Source: Paraphysomonas bandaiensis (taxonomy: Eukaryota; Protista; Chrysophyceae). From it: a stretch of DNA of 39,701 bases. Numbering within the stretch: the stretch's first letter is position 1; each line of letters begins with the position of its first letter. Shown piece after piece: positions 16,647 to 28,999 of this stretch. The notes below the pieces were generated by a model, which searched no databases, had not been told where the DNA came from, and worked only from the letters and a program-made list of their open reading frames with translations. A program made the position numbers and the translations under genes. Location of the stretch: NCBI GenBank assembly GCA_965644295.1, contig CBFFRP010000644.1:1-39701 (forward strand), given 5' to 3'.

Positions 16647-19600
16647 ATGATGTGGTTTATTAACCCCCACTCCCATTCCCACAATGGTAATCAAGGGGGC
16701 AATGGGAGCTCTGAAAATGTGGGAGGAAGTCGTAAAGATAGGATTCCTTCGCGAACAAGGGAAAAAGATAAGGAAGATCCGAACTCAGCATCGAAGAGTA
16801 TTGATTATTTAATTGACAAGACTAGCGCCAAAGGCGGTGATATACAAGCTGTCTCGAATGCAGAACAATTTCGAGTTAGTACGCAGAAATATTTGGCGTC
16901 GTCATGGATTGGAAGACTGTACACCAACTTTTTCCTTGCATTGAGTGTATTATCGTGCATTCAGTACATATATGAAACTTACTTGCGTGATGATCGTGAT
17001 AGGGTAAGCCGTTCAAATGAGATATTTCTATTGAATTAACAATTTTTTCAGACCATCATACAGAATCTTAGAATTACTGAGCTTTGTCTAGCCGCGATGT
17101 TTGGCTTTGATTGGTTATTTTCACTTTTTCTTGCCGACCATCGTTGGGAGCACTTTTGGAGGTGTGTCGTTATCAGCTTCCTATGCTTGATTTTAATTTT
17201 AATATTAGTTTCTTTGCAATGGTTGATTTTGCTACTGTTATTCCAATATGGGTAACATACATATTCTTTCCTGAAAAAATCGATTACACTGAGATTGAAA
17301 CTTTTGGAGATGTGGTCAACTATACAATGCGAGGTGCTGCGACATTGCGTATATTACGAGCCCTCAGGGTGCATCGGAAGTTGAACTTCATTGACGACGA
17401 AGTGAAACGTTTTCTGTATTCTATGTTACTTTCAGTGATCACAATGATACTGTTCGGTGAGTGTGAATCTCATTGAGTTGAGCTTATATTTCATTTTATT
17501 AATGTCATATAGATTCTGCTATCATTCGATTTCTGGAGCTCCAAGAGCAGCAGTATCAATTCCACACGTGGATGTACTATGTCGTTGTCTCCATCTCTAC
17601 CGTTGGCTACGGAGATATATCTCCCTCAAGTGACCTTGGTCGCTTCGCTGCTATGTGTATTATATGCTTCGCTATTATATTCGTGCCACAACAGACCAAT
17701 GAACTGATAGAGAAGATGGGAATTTTGTCTGTGTATGCACGCCGTCGCTACAAGCCTCGAGCCAACACGCAGCACGTAGTGATTTGTGGGGATCTTCGAA
17801 CCACATTTCTAAATGAATTTTTCAATGAGTTATTTCACGAAGACCACGAGAATATGAATCTTAATGCTGTTATATTGCAACCTGGTAGGTGTGATTGACA
17901 ATGCTATGAAACTATGTGTGCATTTCGGCCAAATGTGATATCTGTAGTGTCCATTCATATGTTGAGAACTTGTCTGATAGTTTGACGTGTATACAGAACC
18001 ACCTTCGAGTGATATGCATGAAGTTTTAAGAGATCCTTTATTTGGAATATTCGTGCATTATCTTGAGGGTAGTCCTCTCAACAACAACGATCTGTACCGT
18101 GCCAAAGTTGAAGAGGCTGTTGCTGTATTTATAATGGGGAACAAATTTAGTGTAAACCCAGATGAGGATGATGCCAAGACTATACTCCAACAGTTCAGTA
18201 TTAAGCGGTATATTGAAGCAAATGAGGTCCAAAGCCCGCTATATTGTCTACAGCTTATTAGACCGGAGAATAGGCGACATCTAGGCACACATGAGGACGA
18301 AAACCCGAATGAAATTGTTGTGTGTTTAAACGAAATGAAAATGGGCTTATTAGCAAAGAACTGTGTGTTTCCTGGCACCAGCACGCTGATATTCAACTTG
18401 CTGACGTCATTTGCTGATAATGGTGACGATGACGAAGAGGAAGGGGCAGTATGTAACAGGTCGCGGTCGAATTCCAAATCATCTCGCCAGAAGTCTCCCA
18501 AGAGTGGTGAAGCTTTTGTTGAAGTTGAAAATGAGAGTGATGACTCCTCTATTGATAGTGAAAAGTCTTCGAACGGTGGACCCTATTGGATGAGTGAGTA
18601 CCAGAAAGGGTGTGACTGGGAAATTTATACCACCGATATGGCCGACGTTTTTGAGGGTGCAAAATTCATTGATGTTGCGAGCAGACTGTACTCGAAACTT
18701 GGCGTTGTACTCTTTGCCCTCCGTGTAACGGACACAGAGTCTGTGCAGGCACGAGTGAGGGTTGTCCTAAACCCTGCGGACTACATCATTCCTAATCAAG
18801 CAAGATATCGTGTGCAGGGCTTTGTGATAGCGAAAAATCAAACGTCTTCTGATCTGTCTTTCCAAGGTGGAGAATCAGTTACTAATTTGATGGGGTCAAT
18901 ACAAAAGGTAACCACAGCTGGAACGAATATGATCAAACGACAATCGTTTTCATTGAGGGGGGAGAGACAGTCGATTATGGTAAAGCGAGCATCGGTATTA
19001 CCGAGTGGTGTGAACAAAACTGTGAGCAGCGGTGGTTGGCAAACTCTGCTGTCCACTCAAGTAGATCATAGAAAGGAGGAGGAAGAGTATCAAACAAAAC
19101 AAGAGCGCATCCAAAAGATGGAAGAAGAATACCTTCATGCGAATTTTTTCATGCGTGATTCTCCAGCGAATTTGGCACAATGTACTGTGAACTCGTCATT
19201 GCAAGATGAGTATCCCTTTATCAAAGATCATATGATTGTAATTGCGAAGGGCTTGAGCAATCTGTACGATTTCATTCGACCATTACGTGCCAAATATCTT
19301 GGAAAGCTTCGTCATATTGTGCTATTGTTTCCCTTCGATATTCCGATTGCGGTATGGAGGCGTATATCAGTGTTTGAAGGAATTCTTTATGTGCGGGGTT
19401 CTCCACTGGAAGAATCAGATATAAAGCGAGCTGGAGTGTTTCGAGCCTCTCAGGTTGTAGTGTTAGCTGACCCGGATGCTAATTCGAATTTAGATTCGAG
19501 TGGAATTGATGCTCTCATTGATGCGGACGCGATTTTTACTTATCATTGTGTGAAACGACTCAACGAGCACGCTCACATTGTTATAGAAATTGTGCGGCAT

Positions 19601-20623
19601 CAGAATGTTGGATATTTGGACATCAGTGCTGACAGCATGGATATAGACTATAAATTTACTCCGAATTTTGCGGCTGGTACACTCTTTACATCCAGCATGT
19701 TGGACTCAGTTGTTTGTCAGGTAATGAACATATATAAATCCGCCTCCCCGTTTACTTTCTATTTTTAGGTGTTCTACAATCCTCAAATCATACGAGTATT
19801 GAACAAGCTAATCAGTGGTACAGACCACATTGAATCCAATGGCAGCGGTGGACCTGATTGCAGGCCTATCCTTGTACAACAAAACTCTCGCAGCATGATG
19901 GGTATGAAGTCTCTGATTGGTAGTTCTCTGTACCAAGTCCCTGTCCCTCCTGAATTCGCAAAGAAGACTTATGGAGAATTGTTCCACCACTTTGCCATGA
20001 AGGACGGATTGTGTATCGGCTTACTTCGTGGGGTTTTCTCAGGACTGACGGTGGGCCCCTGTTCGAATCGTATGGAGTATGTGTTTACAAACCCTAGTCA
20101 AGACACCAAGCTCTTCAAATGCGATCGTGTGTTTGTGCTATCACAACGCGTGTTGACAAGCACCAAGTCAACAGCTAAGGTATTTACTTTTTGGGTGTAT
20201 TACTGTATCTGATATATTCTACAGGAGGTGATGCAGCAATATATGCGTGCAAATTTGAAGAACATAAGAACAACAAGGGATAGTGCATCGGAGTCAGTGG
20301 CTTCAGAGGCCAATCTTGATGGGGTAACAGATGGTCAACGATCTGTGGAGAAAGCTATTGCAGAACTCTCTGCAGATATTGCAAAGAGATTTGATGACAT
20401 CGTATCAATCAAAGAAGATGTAAAATCCATCAAGGAGTCTGCTCTTTCAAAGGTCCCACACCTCAGTGGCCATACTTCAAAATCAAGGGTTCGAATTCAT
20501 GAAGCAATTGAAAAGCGAAAAATGGGGCTTACAAAGGCAAATCCGGATAGACAACAGAGTTTTAACTCGAGAACACTTGCCAATTTTTCAATAAATGGAC
20601 CACCAAGTGAGAATGAGTCATAA
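16647..20623 (+). CDS. BK/Slo-family voltage-gated K+ channel with two RCK domains (about 7 exons)
   Basis: S4 LRILRALRVHRK, pore STVGYGD, RCK1 HVVICG / YLEGSP, RCK2 DHMIV / YVRGSP. GT-AG introns at about 17004-17051, 17162-17208, 17457-17512, 17885-17996, 19721-19768 and 20180-20224. Confidence 0.93.
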
Positions 20624-21421
20624 CTTCGATGGAAATGTGAAGGTGATAATGCAGTGTGTGACTTTTTTTATGACCATGTAGTTTGTTGTTCAATGGTAAG
20701 ACATTGGATGTATTCATACCGTATGGATTCAGTTGGCTGGGATAGCAGTTTGAAGCTATTTGAATCCAATAGGTTTGGTTGTACTATTCATTTTTGTATA
20801 ATAGTTAGCAACTCAGTTGGCATTAGTTTGACTGTTGAGTTATGAATAATCTATGGTATGTGGCTGAAGTACTTATTTCGTAATATAAGCTATGATATGA
20901 AGTGAATTATGTATTGTTGCTCACACAGTAGTAGCATTCCTTTGCAGCGGTCAAATATATATAGACTTCGTAACATTTTTTCCACTATATCCCGGATTCA
21001 CAACATAGATTTCTTAAATACTATATAATCTAGGCATGGGCCGGTGTCCGCTAACGACCCATTAATGAGTGCCAATTAACATTACAAGTAATGGTATTGT
21101 TGTCATCCCCATATAGGAGATTTACTGACATTGGAGTGAAAGCTTGGTGTGATATAGTATACGGATGTATACTACCCTATACAGTTGGTGTATGCTGTGT
21201 GGTGTGGACAGCAAGCTACAGTATGACAGCAGTATACAGTAGTATACTAGTGTACGGGGTATGATGACAATACGGTGCAGTATATGTGCAGTTCAATATG
21301 TATGTTGACAATACAACGTAGTGTATGCACAGTCCAAGATGCACAGTGGATTGGTGTAGGTATATATTGAAAGTCTTATTATTAGCAATAGGCGATAAAA
21401 CCTTCACCAACTTAGTAGCTA

Positions 21422-22630
21422 GTTGAAAATCTGATTATTAAGAAGCGCAAGCTTGTGCGTTGCCGCGACCAACCTAACAACTCGCGCGACACTATGCATA
21501 ACATGACTCTCATCTAGTTACTATTGCATGCACCGACAAGTGCTCAACTATACAACACGATTTAGTTAGCTACATGGGCATACGACGAGTTGCGTGTTTA
21601 AGCCGGATCATACGCTCCTGCCCAATCTACTTGTCCTAACACAAACAACTTGCGGTCGGTGTCTTCGGCATATGTCTCCTGTATATGCGGCAGATCTTTA
21701 GGGCCCTCTTCAAGGTGGTGTTCACAGCAGCAGGTAGTCTGGAAGGGAGAATAAAGTAGCTCTATAGCGCCGGGTCCTCCCACGGTCACGAAGCGGTCTC
21801 ACTGGTGCAATTTTGCACACTGACGCATGAAACAGACATCTACCAAAATCTGTTACAAATTCAAGCTGACTCCAATGTCTTCCCTCCATTGTGTGCACTC
21901 GTCCAGCACATGCATCCACCTTGCACTCTTCTCCCGAGTGACTTACACTAGTAGGAAACCGTGCACCTTCCCCGCTCGGATGAAAACCTACTAAGCAAGA
22001 ATAACATAAAAGCACCACAAATGTACCTGACACTGCTTGGAGAAAACAGTGCCAGAGCCTTGATATAATCTCAATGACCTGGGTCAGGAGAAACCAAGAC
22101 TAGGCAGTAGACGTGTGAGAAGACATGACAGGTCTAATCACATCATTGCCATTGCCATGCATCCATGAGGAAAGTTTGACGCATTACCTCGGTCATTGGC
22201 CACACAGATACCGAATAATGTGAACTCATACTCAGCATCAATCACTCAAAGCAAACGCAGGGAGCAAGCAGAATGTTGATATACCTGACATCTGCTGACT
22301 TCAGGTGTTTTGAGTTCTTAAGGTGAACATCCCGGATGCTTAACTTCAGCAGGCAGCCCAATACCCCGGCTACCCTTCTGGTGGGCCCTGTCCCGGATGC
22401 CCTTGAGGTGGGCCCATTCCCGGATGCCTGTTTATTCGTCAGGGCCCAAAGACGTCTACACAAGTGACACTTATTAGTGTCCCTTGTACCACACAAGCAT
22501 TTGGCTATGAGTGGGCAGAACAATATCTGCTGACTATGTTTGCGGCTCACGTTAGTTTCCCAGAGAGAATCTCTCCGGTACTTATCCCCCAGAACACCAC
22601 GAAAAGGTGCGAGTCCGACTTTGTTGAGGG
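21422..22630 (-). mobile_element. Nested 1.2-kb non-autonomous retroposon with the same head, ~840 bp unknown body and a related tail
   Basis: 13-bp direct repeat AACTTAGTAGCTA at 21409-21421 and 22631-22643 (TSD). GNRA hairpin at 21451-21470. TAATAATCAGAT on the minus strand at 21429-21440. Confidence 0.8.
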
Positions 22631-23099
22631 AACTTAGTAGCTATATGAATGCTAGACATACTAGTTAGACCTCTACCTGTAACTAATCAGTACAAACTCT
22701 ATTATTCTACTATTTAACACTACGAAAGCTGCTTGTGCGTCGCCGCAAGCACCAAGGTGCAACCACTTCCGTTCTGAGTTCTTAAGGTGAACATCCCGGA
22801 TGCTTGACTTCAGCAGGCAGCCCAATACCCCGGTTACCCTTCAGGTGGGCCGTGCCCCGGATGCCCTTGAAGTGGACCCATTCCCGGATGCCTGTTTATT
22901 CGTCAGGGCCCAAAGACGTCTACACAAGTGACACTTATTGGTGTCCCTTGTACCACACAAGCATTCGGCTATGAGTTGGCAGAAGAATACCTGCTGACTA
23001 TATGTTTGCGGCTCACGTTAGTTTCCCAAAGAGAATCTCTCCGGTACTTATCCCCCAGAACACCACGAAAAGGTGCGAGTCCGACTTTGTTGTTGAGGG
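22311..23099. repeat. Two highly similar copies of a ~320-bp head (22311-22630 and 22775-23099)
   Basis: TGAGTTCTTAAGGTGAACATCCCGGATGC ... GAGTCCGACTTTGTTGAGGG occurs twice; each copy has three internal CCCGGATGC sub-repeats. Confidence 0.95.
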
Positions 23100-23614
23100 T
23101 TGGTGTAGGTATAGTCTGTGGTAGTGTTAGTGATACATGTCATTATTATCACAGATATCTTCTGATAAAACAAGTTAATAGCACTATCGTTTACTATCCA
23201 CATATGGCTTGTTATTGCCTTACAACAGGTATATTGTTACAATGACTAACTAGATAATATTGCTCATAATAGATAGTGTGGTGCCACCTTAATTTCTAAT
23301 TAGGTCTTAAACAACAGATTATGAATTGTAAATTCTAGATGACCTATAACTACACACTATACACTGTGTTCTCGCTCGCCACATTGTGTTGAGTTTTGAT
23401 GTTTGTGAGCAATTACAAGCTGTATTTCTAAGGTATTGGAATTATGACCGTTACTTGAAGAATATAGTAGTGGTTAACAGTATTACATGAATCAAAAACT
23501 ACTGCTATGATAGAAACAATAGGAGTGAAACTGAAATATACTGACCGTCTAAAATATAAGATCGTATAAAATTGGTTGGTAGTATATATTATATATACAC
23601 AATGAATTTAGTGG

Positions 23615-23730
23615 TGAAAGTCCTATTATTAGCAATAGACATTTTAGAGTCAGTACTTAACTCTGATACCCTACTATTTAACACTACGAAAGCTGCTTGT
23701 GCGTCACCGCAAGCACCAAGGCGCAACCAC
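23615..23730 (-). mobile_element. Third tail copy of the same retroposon family (5'-truncated or diverged)
   Basis: TGAAAGTCCTATTATTAGCAATAG matches 21368-21391. CTACTATTTAACACTACGAAAGCTGCTTGTGCGTC..GCAACCAC matches 22707-22766. No TSD found. Confidence 0.72.
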
Positions 23731-23976
23731 GTTTGCTCTATCACCCAAAGCAGACGCAGTGAGAATGCAATAATAAGAATACCCGAATAGCTGGCTTATA
23801 CATAATCAACCACAAGATTGATTTCAACGAAACGGATTGCATCTTTACATCAATTTCCAGTGATTTTATTATGACATAATTTTACACCGAAGATACTCTA
23901 CAAACCCTTCAATAACTAACACTAAAATCAGATTATAACTTTTCACATATACGCTAAACTCCAAGAAGGTGATAAT

Positions 23977-25540
23977 TTAATCTTCCCATTTCATGATTAC
24001 CTGAGAATTTGCTAAACCTGCATCTTCGATTTTCATTTCTAGCTTGGAATTCAAACTCGAACGAGGAAATGATGTCAATAAATCGAACGGCTTATTGGAA
24101 CGTTCTTCTGGTAAGATGCTATTCACATAGGCATACATGTTCTTGACAAGGTCTGACTTCATAAATCGGCGAACAGTAACCATACTTCCGGGCTTGGGGG
24201 CATTGGGAGGCGAAAACAGCAGTCGAAATGATACTTTCACTGCCCCATCATCACCTGATATCAGTGTTGTCAATAATAAATATAATCATGGTACACGCAG
24301 ATGCACATATCCCAGAGCACAAATGCAGTGGTCCGTAATATATACTGTACGTGTACACTACATACGAAAAAATTACCACCTTCTTCAGGTTCTGCTGTCA
24401 CATCACCATATTTTGGTTCAGCCGACACTATTTCAATACTTTCGATCAATGATTCACACGGAGAGCTATCATTCGCAGTTTGAGACACCCCAGCCACCTC
24501 GGAAAATTTCGATTCTGCCTCAGAGATCTTGCCGTTGCCGATTTTTTGTCGGTGTACGCTATTCATAAGGCTCTTGCGGACAACTGGGGCTCCAGTGCTT
24601 TCAAGATCGTTGTCATCCAGAAACTCGACAAGCATGAATGTTAAGTCCCCTGAATCAATGACCCCCTACAGTAATATATAGATATTAAATCTATATATAT
24701 CACTATATATTATCAGAAAAATAAGCAACAATTGAATTTAACGCCAATCGAATATAAATTAAACTACTCGAGTCATATCGTACATTTAGAGCAAACAAAA
24801 GTCCTCCTGTTCTGGGATCCATCACTCCTACCATAGGCAAATCCGTAAGCTGATACATCCCAATAAAACTTTGGCCATCTTGAGATGTCGATCCTCTCTG
24901 CCAAAATAAAAAATTCATACGCACTAAAGACACTAAAGTCTCGTTTGTCCACACGTCACGGTTGAGCAAATGAGAACTGAATTCGTTGTGATCTTGAATA
25001 TTAACTAGAATCCATTTCTTGTCCTCCATCGCAGCTTTCTTCGCCTACACATAACATCATACAATTTAAATAATTTGATACGCATGATAGTGAATCTAAT
25101 TAATTAATTTGTATATTAACACAGTTGAGATGGTTGAGTGTAATACCTCGCTCAAGTTGCGAGGAAATGACAAATGGTTCGGGGGAGGAAACATCCAATC
25201 TACATTCGAAGCTTCAACTCTTGATAGTGTCATATCTCTTTCCTGTTGAAAAATACTTCGTTGATCGAGCAAGCGCTCTTGTTTGACAGGATCCGCCGCA
25301 CGAACAGTTGGAGAGGAGGGCTGCTGCCCCTCACTCTCAAGTATTAATGAGTAGGCAATACTGATATCCCAATTAGCCACCTGAATAGAGGATCACAAGG
25401 TTATGAATTGAATCATATGAGTGTATAGTGACCTGAAGGTAGTGCCTAGCTGTGGAGGTATCTAGACCCGTCATATCGACAAATGAACATAACAGGGCAC
25501 TTTCATCTTCACTGCGCTGAGAGTCTGATACAGAATCCAT
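23977..25540 (-). CDS. UBX-domain p97/Cdc48 adaptor, UBXN7/PUX7-like (UBA-like, UAS, UBX; about 5 exons)
   Basis: UBA-like FVDMTGLD..ARHYLQVANWDI, UAS KWILVNIQDHNEFSSHLLNRDVW, UBX RRF...FDLLTSFPR...AGLANS. ATG at 25540-25538; GT-AG introns. Confidence 0.88.
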
Positions 25541-26028
25541 GAGAGAAGGAGGTCAGTATGTAGATCACTGAGTATGTCACTGTGAGTGAGTGTGTGTCTC
25601 TAGGTTGACAGGAGGGACTGTGTGCACAGCAGTCCATAGGAATATAACTAATTAGAGAGAATACAAAGAATTATACGGAGAATATATGCACACGGCTCGA
25701 TATGTACCCCTACTACTGTACCTTTAGACCGATGCTGGAGGTACATGATCTTCACTGCTGCTGTACAATATACAGCAGCATATATATATATATGTAGGAA
25801 TTCCTAGTGACTACAGCGGAATACATAAGCAGCCCCATATGTGTGTGTCCTGTATGGGTATGTATTGTACGCTGTACACAGCAGTATGTATGCGGTATGA
25901 CACGATACAGCTGTACAGTTCCACCATGTATGGATATGTTGCAATTGCAATCAACTGCAACTTCCTCTTATGCCGATGCCACTCAATCGAATACACTCTA
26001 TGCACATTTAACAGACATCACATGAATA

Positions 26029-28347
26029 ATGACTTCTAGAGTTTTAAACGAAGGCGGGGATAGTCATGAGGATGAAGACCGATTGTTCGGCTGGGAAGAG
26101 CACGGGTTTACTAGAAACCATGAGATTGTCCTCGCTGAATACTTACTACTGTTTATCACTATCCTCTGTATAGCTCTTGTCGTACAATTCTATGTGGGGA
26201 AAGTGTGGAAGTGGCATTATCTGCCGGAATCAGGCGCCACTGTTCTTCTAGGAATGCTCATTGGAGGGATAATCAGATCATCAGGAGGGGATACAGCTAA
26301 AGGGGATCGCGGAGAGACACTGCTCGGATTCAACACTACCATATTCTTCGTTGGGTTTTTACCCCCTATTATATTTAATTCTGGGTATCAAATTAATCGT
26401 CGTCTCTTCTTTAAGAATATGGGTGGTATTGTATGCTTAGCTGTTCTGGGAACTGCTCTTGGAACTGCAGTAATAGGCGTAGGGTTATGGGCCCTTGGTG
26501 AGGCTGGTGTGTGTTATAAATTGACGCCAATAGAAACTGTGACATTCGGGTCGTTGATATCTGCAACTGACCCTGTGTCGACACTGGCTGTGTTTTCTGA
26601 ACTGAAAGTCCACCCAACCCTCTTTTATCTAGTGTTCGGTGAATCGGTGTGTTCTGATAGTACATTTTGTTTATATAACATTGTTTTTGTAGGTTCTCAA
26701 TGATGCAGTGGCTATTACTTTATTTAAAACTACTTCAGAATACATTGGTCGCGAAATAACTTACGAAGACGGATTAATCGCTTTTGCTGATTTCATTATT
26801 AAGTGTGCGGGGTCTATATTGATTGGATATGGCCTTGGCGTACTCTTCGCGTGGGTTTTCAAAGTTGTTGACCTAAGCAAACACAGGCTACTGCTCGTGA
26901 GTCTATTTGTGGGAATGGTATACATCCCATTCTTGCTATCTGGTAAAAGTGTCAGCCACCGTGCATCTATATAGATTAATAATTCGTTGGATACAGAGAC
27001 GCTGCAGCTCAGTGGAATATTGACGATTCTTTTTAGTGCTATAACTGCTCGTCGCTACATCAATCATAACATCCCTCCTGAGGTTATCGCGTTGTGTTAT
27101 TGATATCCATCTTTCGTGCTAACGTATGGTTTGCAGGCTCAGCGGGCTTCTGCATTCGTTTTCGAGTTGATGGCTTATCTATGTGAAACTGGTGTGTTTC
27201 TGTATCTCGGTTTCGATGTATTTTCTACGGTAAGCTGTAACTGTATAATGTTAATTTATCGTGATGTAATACTGCGCCAGAATGTTACTGGAGGATACAG
27301 ACTGTCGTTAATGTTGTGGACCCTCCTGTTATGTCTCGTGTCGCGTGCACTGTATGTGTACCCTTTCCTGACACTGGTAAGCAGCTCAATCGCAACTGTT
27401 TCGGATATGATATATTTTGGTATGTCAGATTAACTCGTATCGAAAAAAAGTGGCCAAAGAGAAGGGATCGTCAGATGCTAACCTTATCCCGATGTCCACT
27501 ATACACATGGTTAGTTATCATGATTGGGGTTATAGGTTGATCTGATCCCCTGCTGCAGGTGTTCTTTTCCGGTTTAAGAGGTGCTGTGGCCTATGCGACG
27601 GCAAATATATATCCCGATACAACCGATCATAGGTATCGTGTCGTACTTATCTCATGCGCCTGTAGTCATTTTTCCACCAGGAAGGAAATTGTTGCTACCA
27701 CTACAACCGTAATATTGGTGACCCTTTTTATATGCGGTGGGCTTACTGTACAAATGTGCGAATGGTTGGGAATCGAAACAGGAGTTGATGTGACAGCAAT
27801 AACACAAAAGGTTTATACGCAATTGCAACTGGCGTGGTCATTTTAAGCATTGTGTAGATGCATAAGATAGAGACGAGCGCATTCCTGATATGGGAGCACA
27901 AATATGTGTATCCAATGGTGATAAAGGGGTACAACGACCCAAACTTCACTGACCCTTACAAACCGAAAACTGATGGTGAATATTGCAAGCACAATTTAAG
28001 TTTTAATAGTTGGTGTAGAAATTGATGACGATCTTGGAGGAACACTTCATGTTAGCAGACACAAGAAGAAATCATCTGTACGGGCGGTCGAGAGCCTCAG
28101 TGAAGGCGACGAAGAGCAAGATGATTTAGATGAGTTGGATGTGACTGCTGCACGTGCAGCTTACATGCATTCACACGAACGTAAGTGAAATCAAGTTGTT
28201 ATTTTTACTTTGTTGTGAATAATTTTGTTTTTCATAGCGGCACCTTGGAGATACAATCAGCTGGATACGGACATCATTGAGGCACCTAGAAGTTTCTCTT
28301 TGCCAGCTCTCAACATGGAAATGTTGACTAAACTTAATAATGCATAG
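26029..28347 (+). CDS. CPA1-family Na+/H+ exchanger (NHE8/NHX-like, multi-exon)
   Basis: LPES, FLPPIIFNSGY, FGSLISATDPVSTLAVF, LVFGES/VLNDA, LSGILT, FSGLRGAVAYA. Stop TAG at 28345-28347; C-terminal exon boundaries are approximate. Confidence 0.92.
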
Positions 28348-28999
28348 ACCTCTAATCTTCTTATCTCGTCATTTTCTCTTTAAAAAGTGTAGAATTTTGT
28401 TGTACACTGGCGCAATATATTTTGTCGGCTACTTCATATACAATTATAAATTGCTGGTTCTATGAAAGATGAAAGTACGGTGTTGTTATAATAAATACTT
28501 AGAAAAATCGCTAAACTTAAGTGTCTGTAAGTGGGCATGTGGAAGTTTACTACACATCAGTGAAATTCGAATGTTTTAGTGACGATAGAAAAATATAAGT
28601 ATGGACACAAATGACGCTAAACGTCCATTCCGCAACATTAGCTGTTTAGCAGTAATAGAAGTTACGAGTTAAGTGCACATCGTCAATATATATCGAGTGG
28701 CATACAAAAAGTAATGCATTAGCATTGCCACGATTCGGACTAACCATACCATTGCAATATATAGTTCCCTAGCCAAATAAATTACAGTAACAAATTAAGC
28801 ACTGTTTAATTAACGTAAATGTAGTGAATTGATCTCATTCATTCATGATAATCAAACAGCTTCCACAAAATAGTTGCAAAGACCAAATGAAACTACTCTT
28901 CTGGACAGCACACTCACAAATGAAGGGGCGTCGTGCTGTTTGATGACACTCCAGCTGCTGCTGTCAATGAAATGAACCTCTCCTGCCGGTATGATTAGA

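Larger units (their letters stand above)
21365..23099 (-). mobile_element. Non-autonomous retroposon (SINE-like, ~510 bp without the nested insert): ~325-bp head plus LINE-related tail
   Basis: 14-bp direct repeat TTGGTGTAGGTATA at 21351-21364 and 23100-23113 (TSD). GNRA hairpin at 22729-22765. Terminal motif at 21368-21391. Confidence 0.8.

Noticed and set aside
21598-22033. Decayed LINE zinc-knuckle coding remnant (TTCCCEHHLEE)
   Set aside because: Cys/His spacing does not fit CCHC and no other RT or RNase H motifs are recognisable.
22430-22565. Hammerhead ribozyme in the retroposon head (minus-strand CTGACGA and GAAAC)
   Set aside because: The flanks cannot form stem II and the spacing does not fit.
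22311-23099. LTR pair of a TRIM or LTR element
   Set aside because: No TG..CA ends, PBS or 4-6 bp TSD; the two 13/14-bp TSD pairs explain the repeat as nested retroposon heads.
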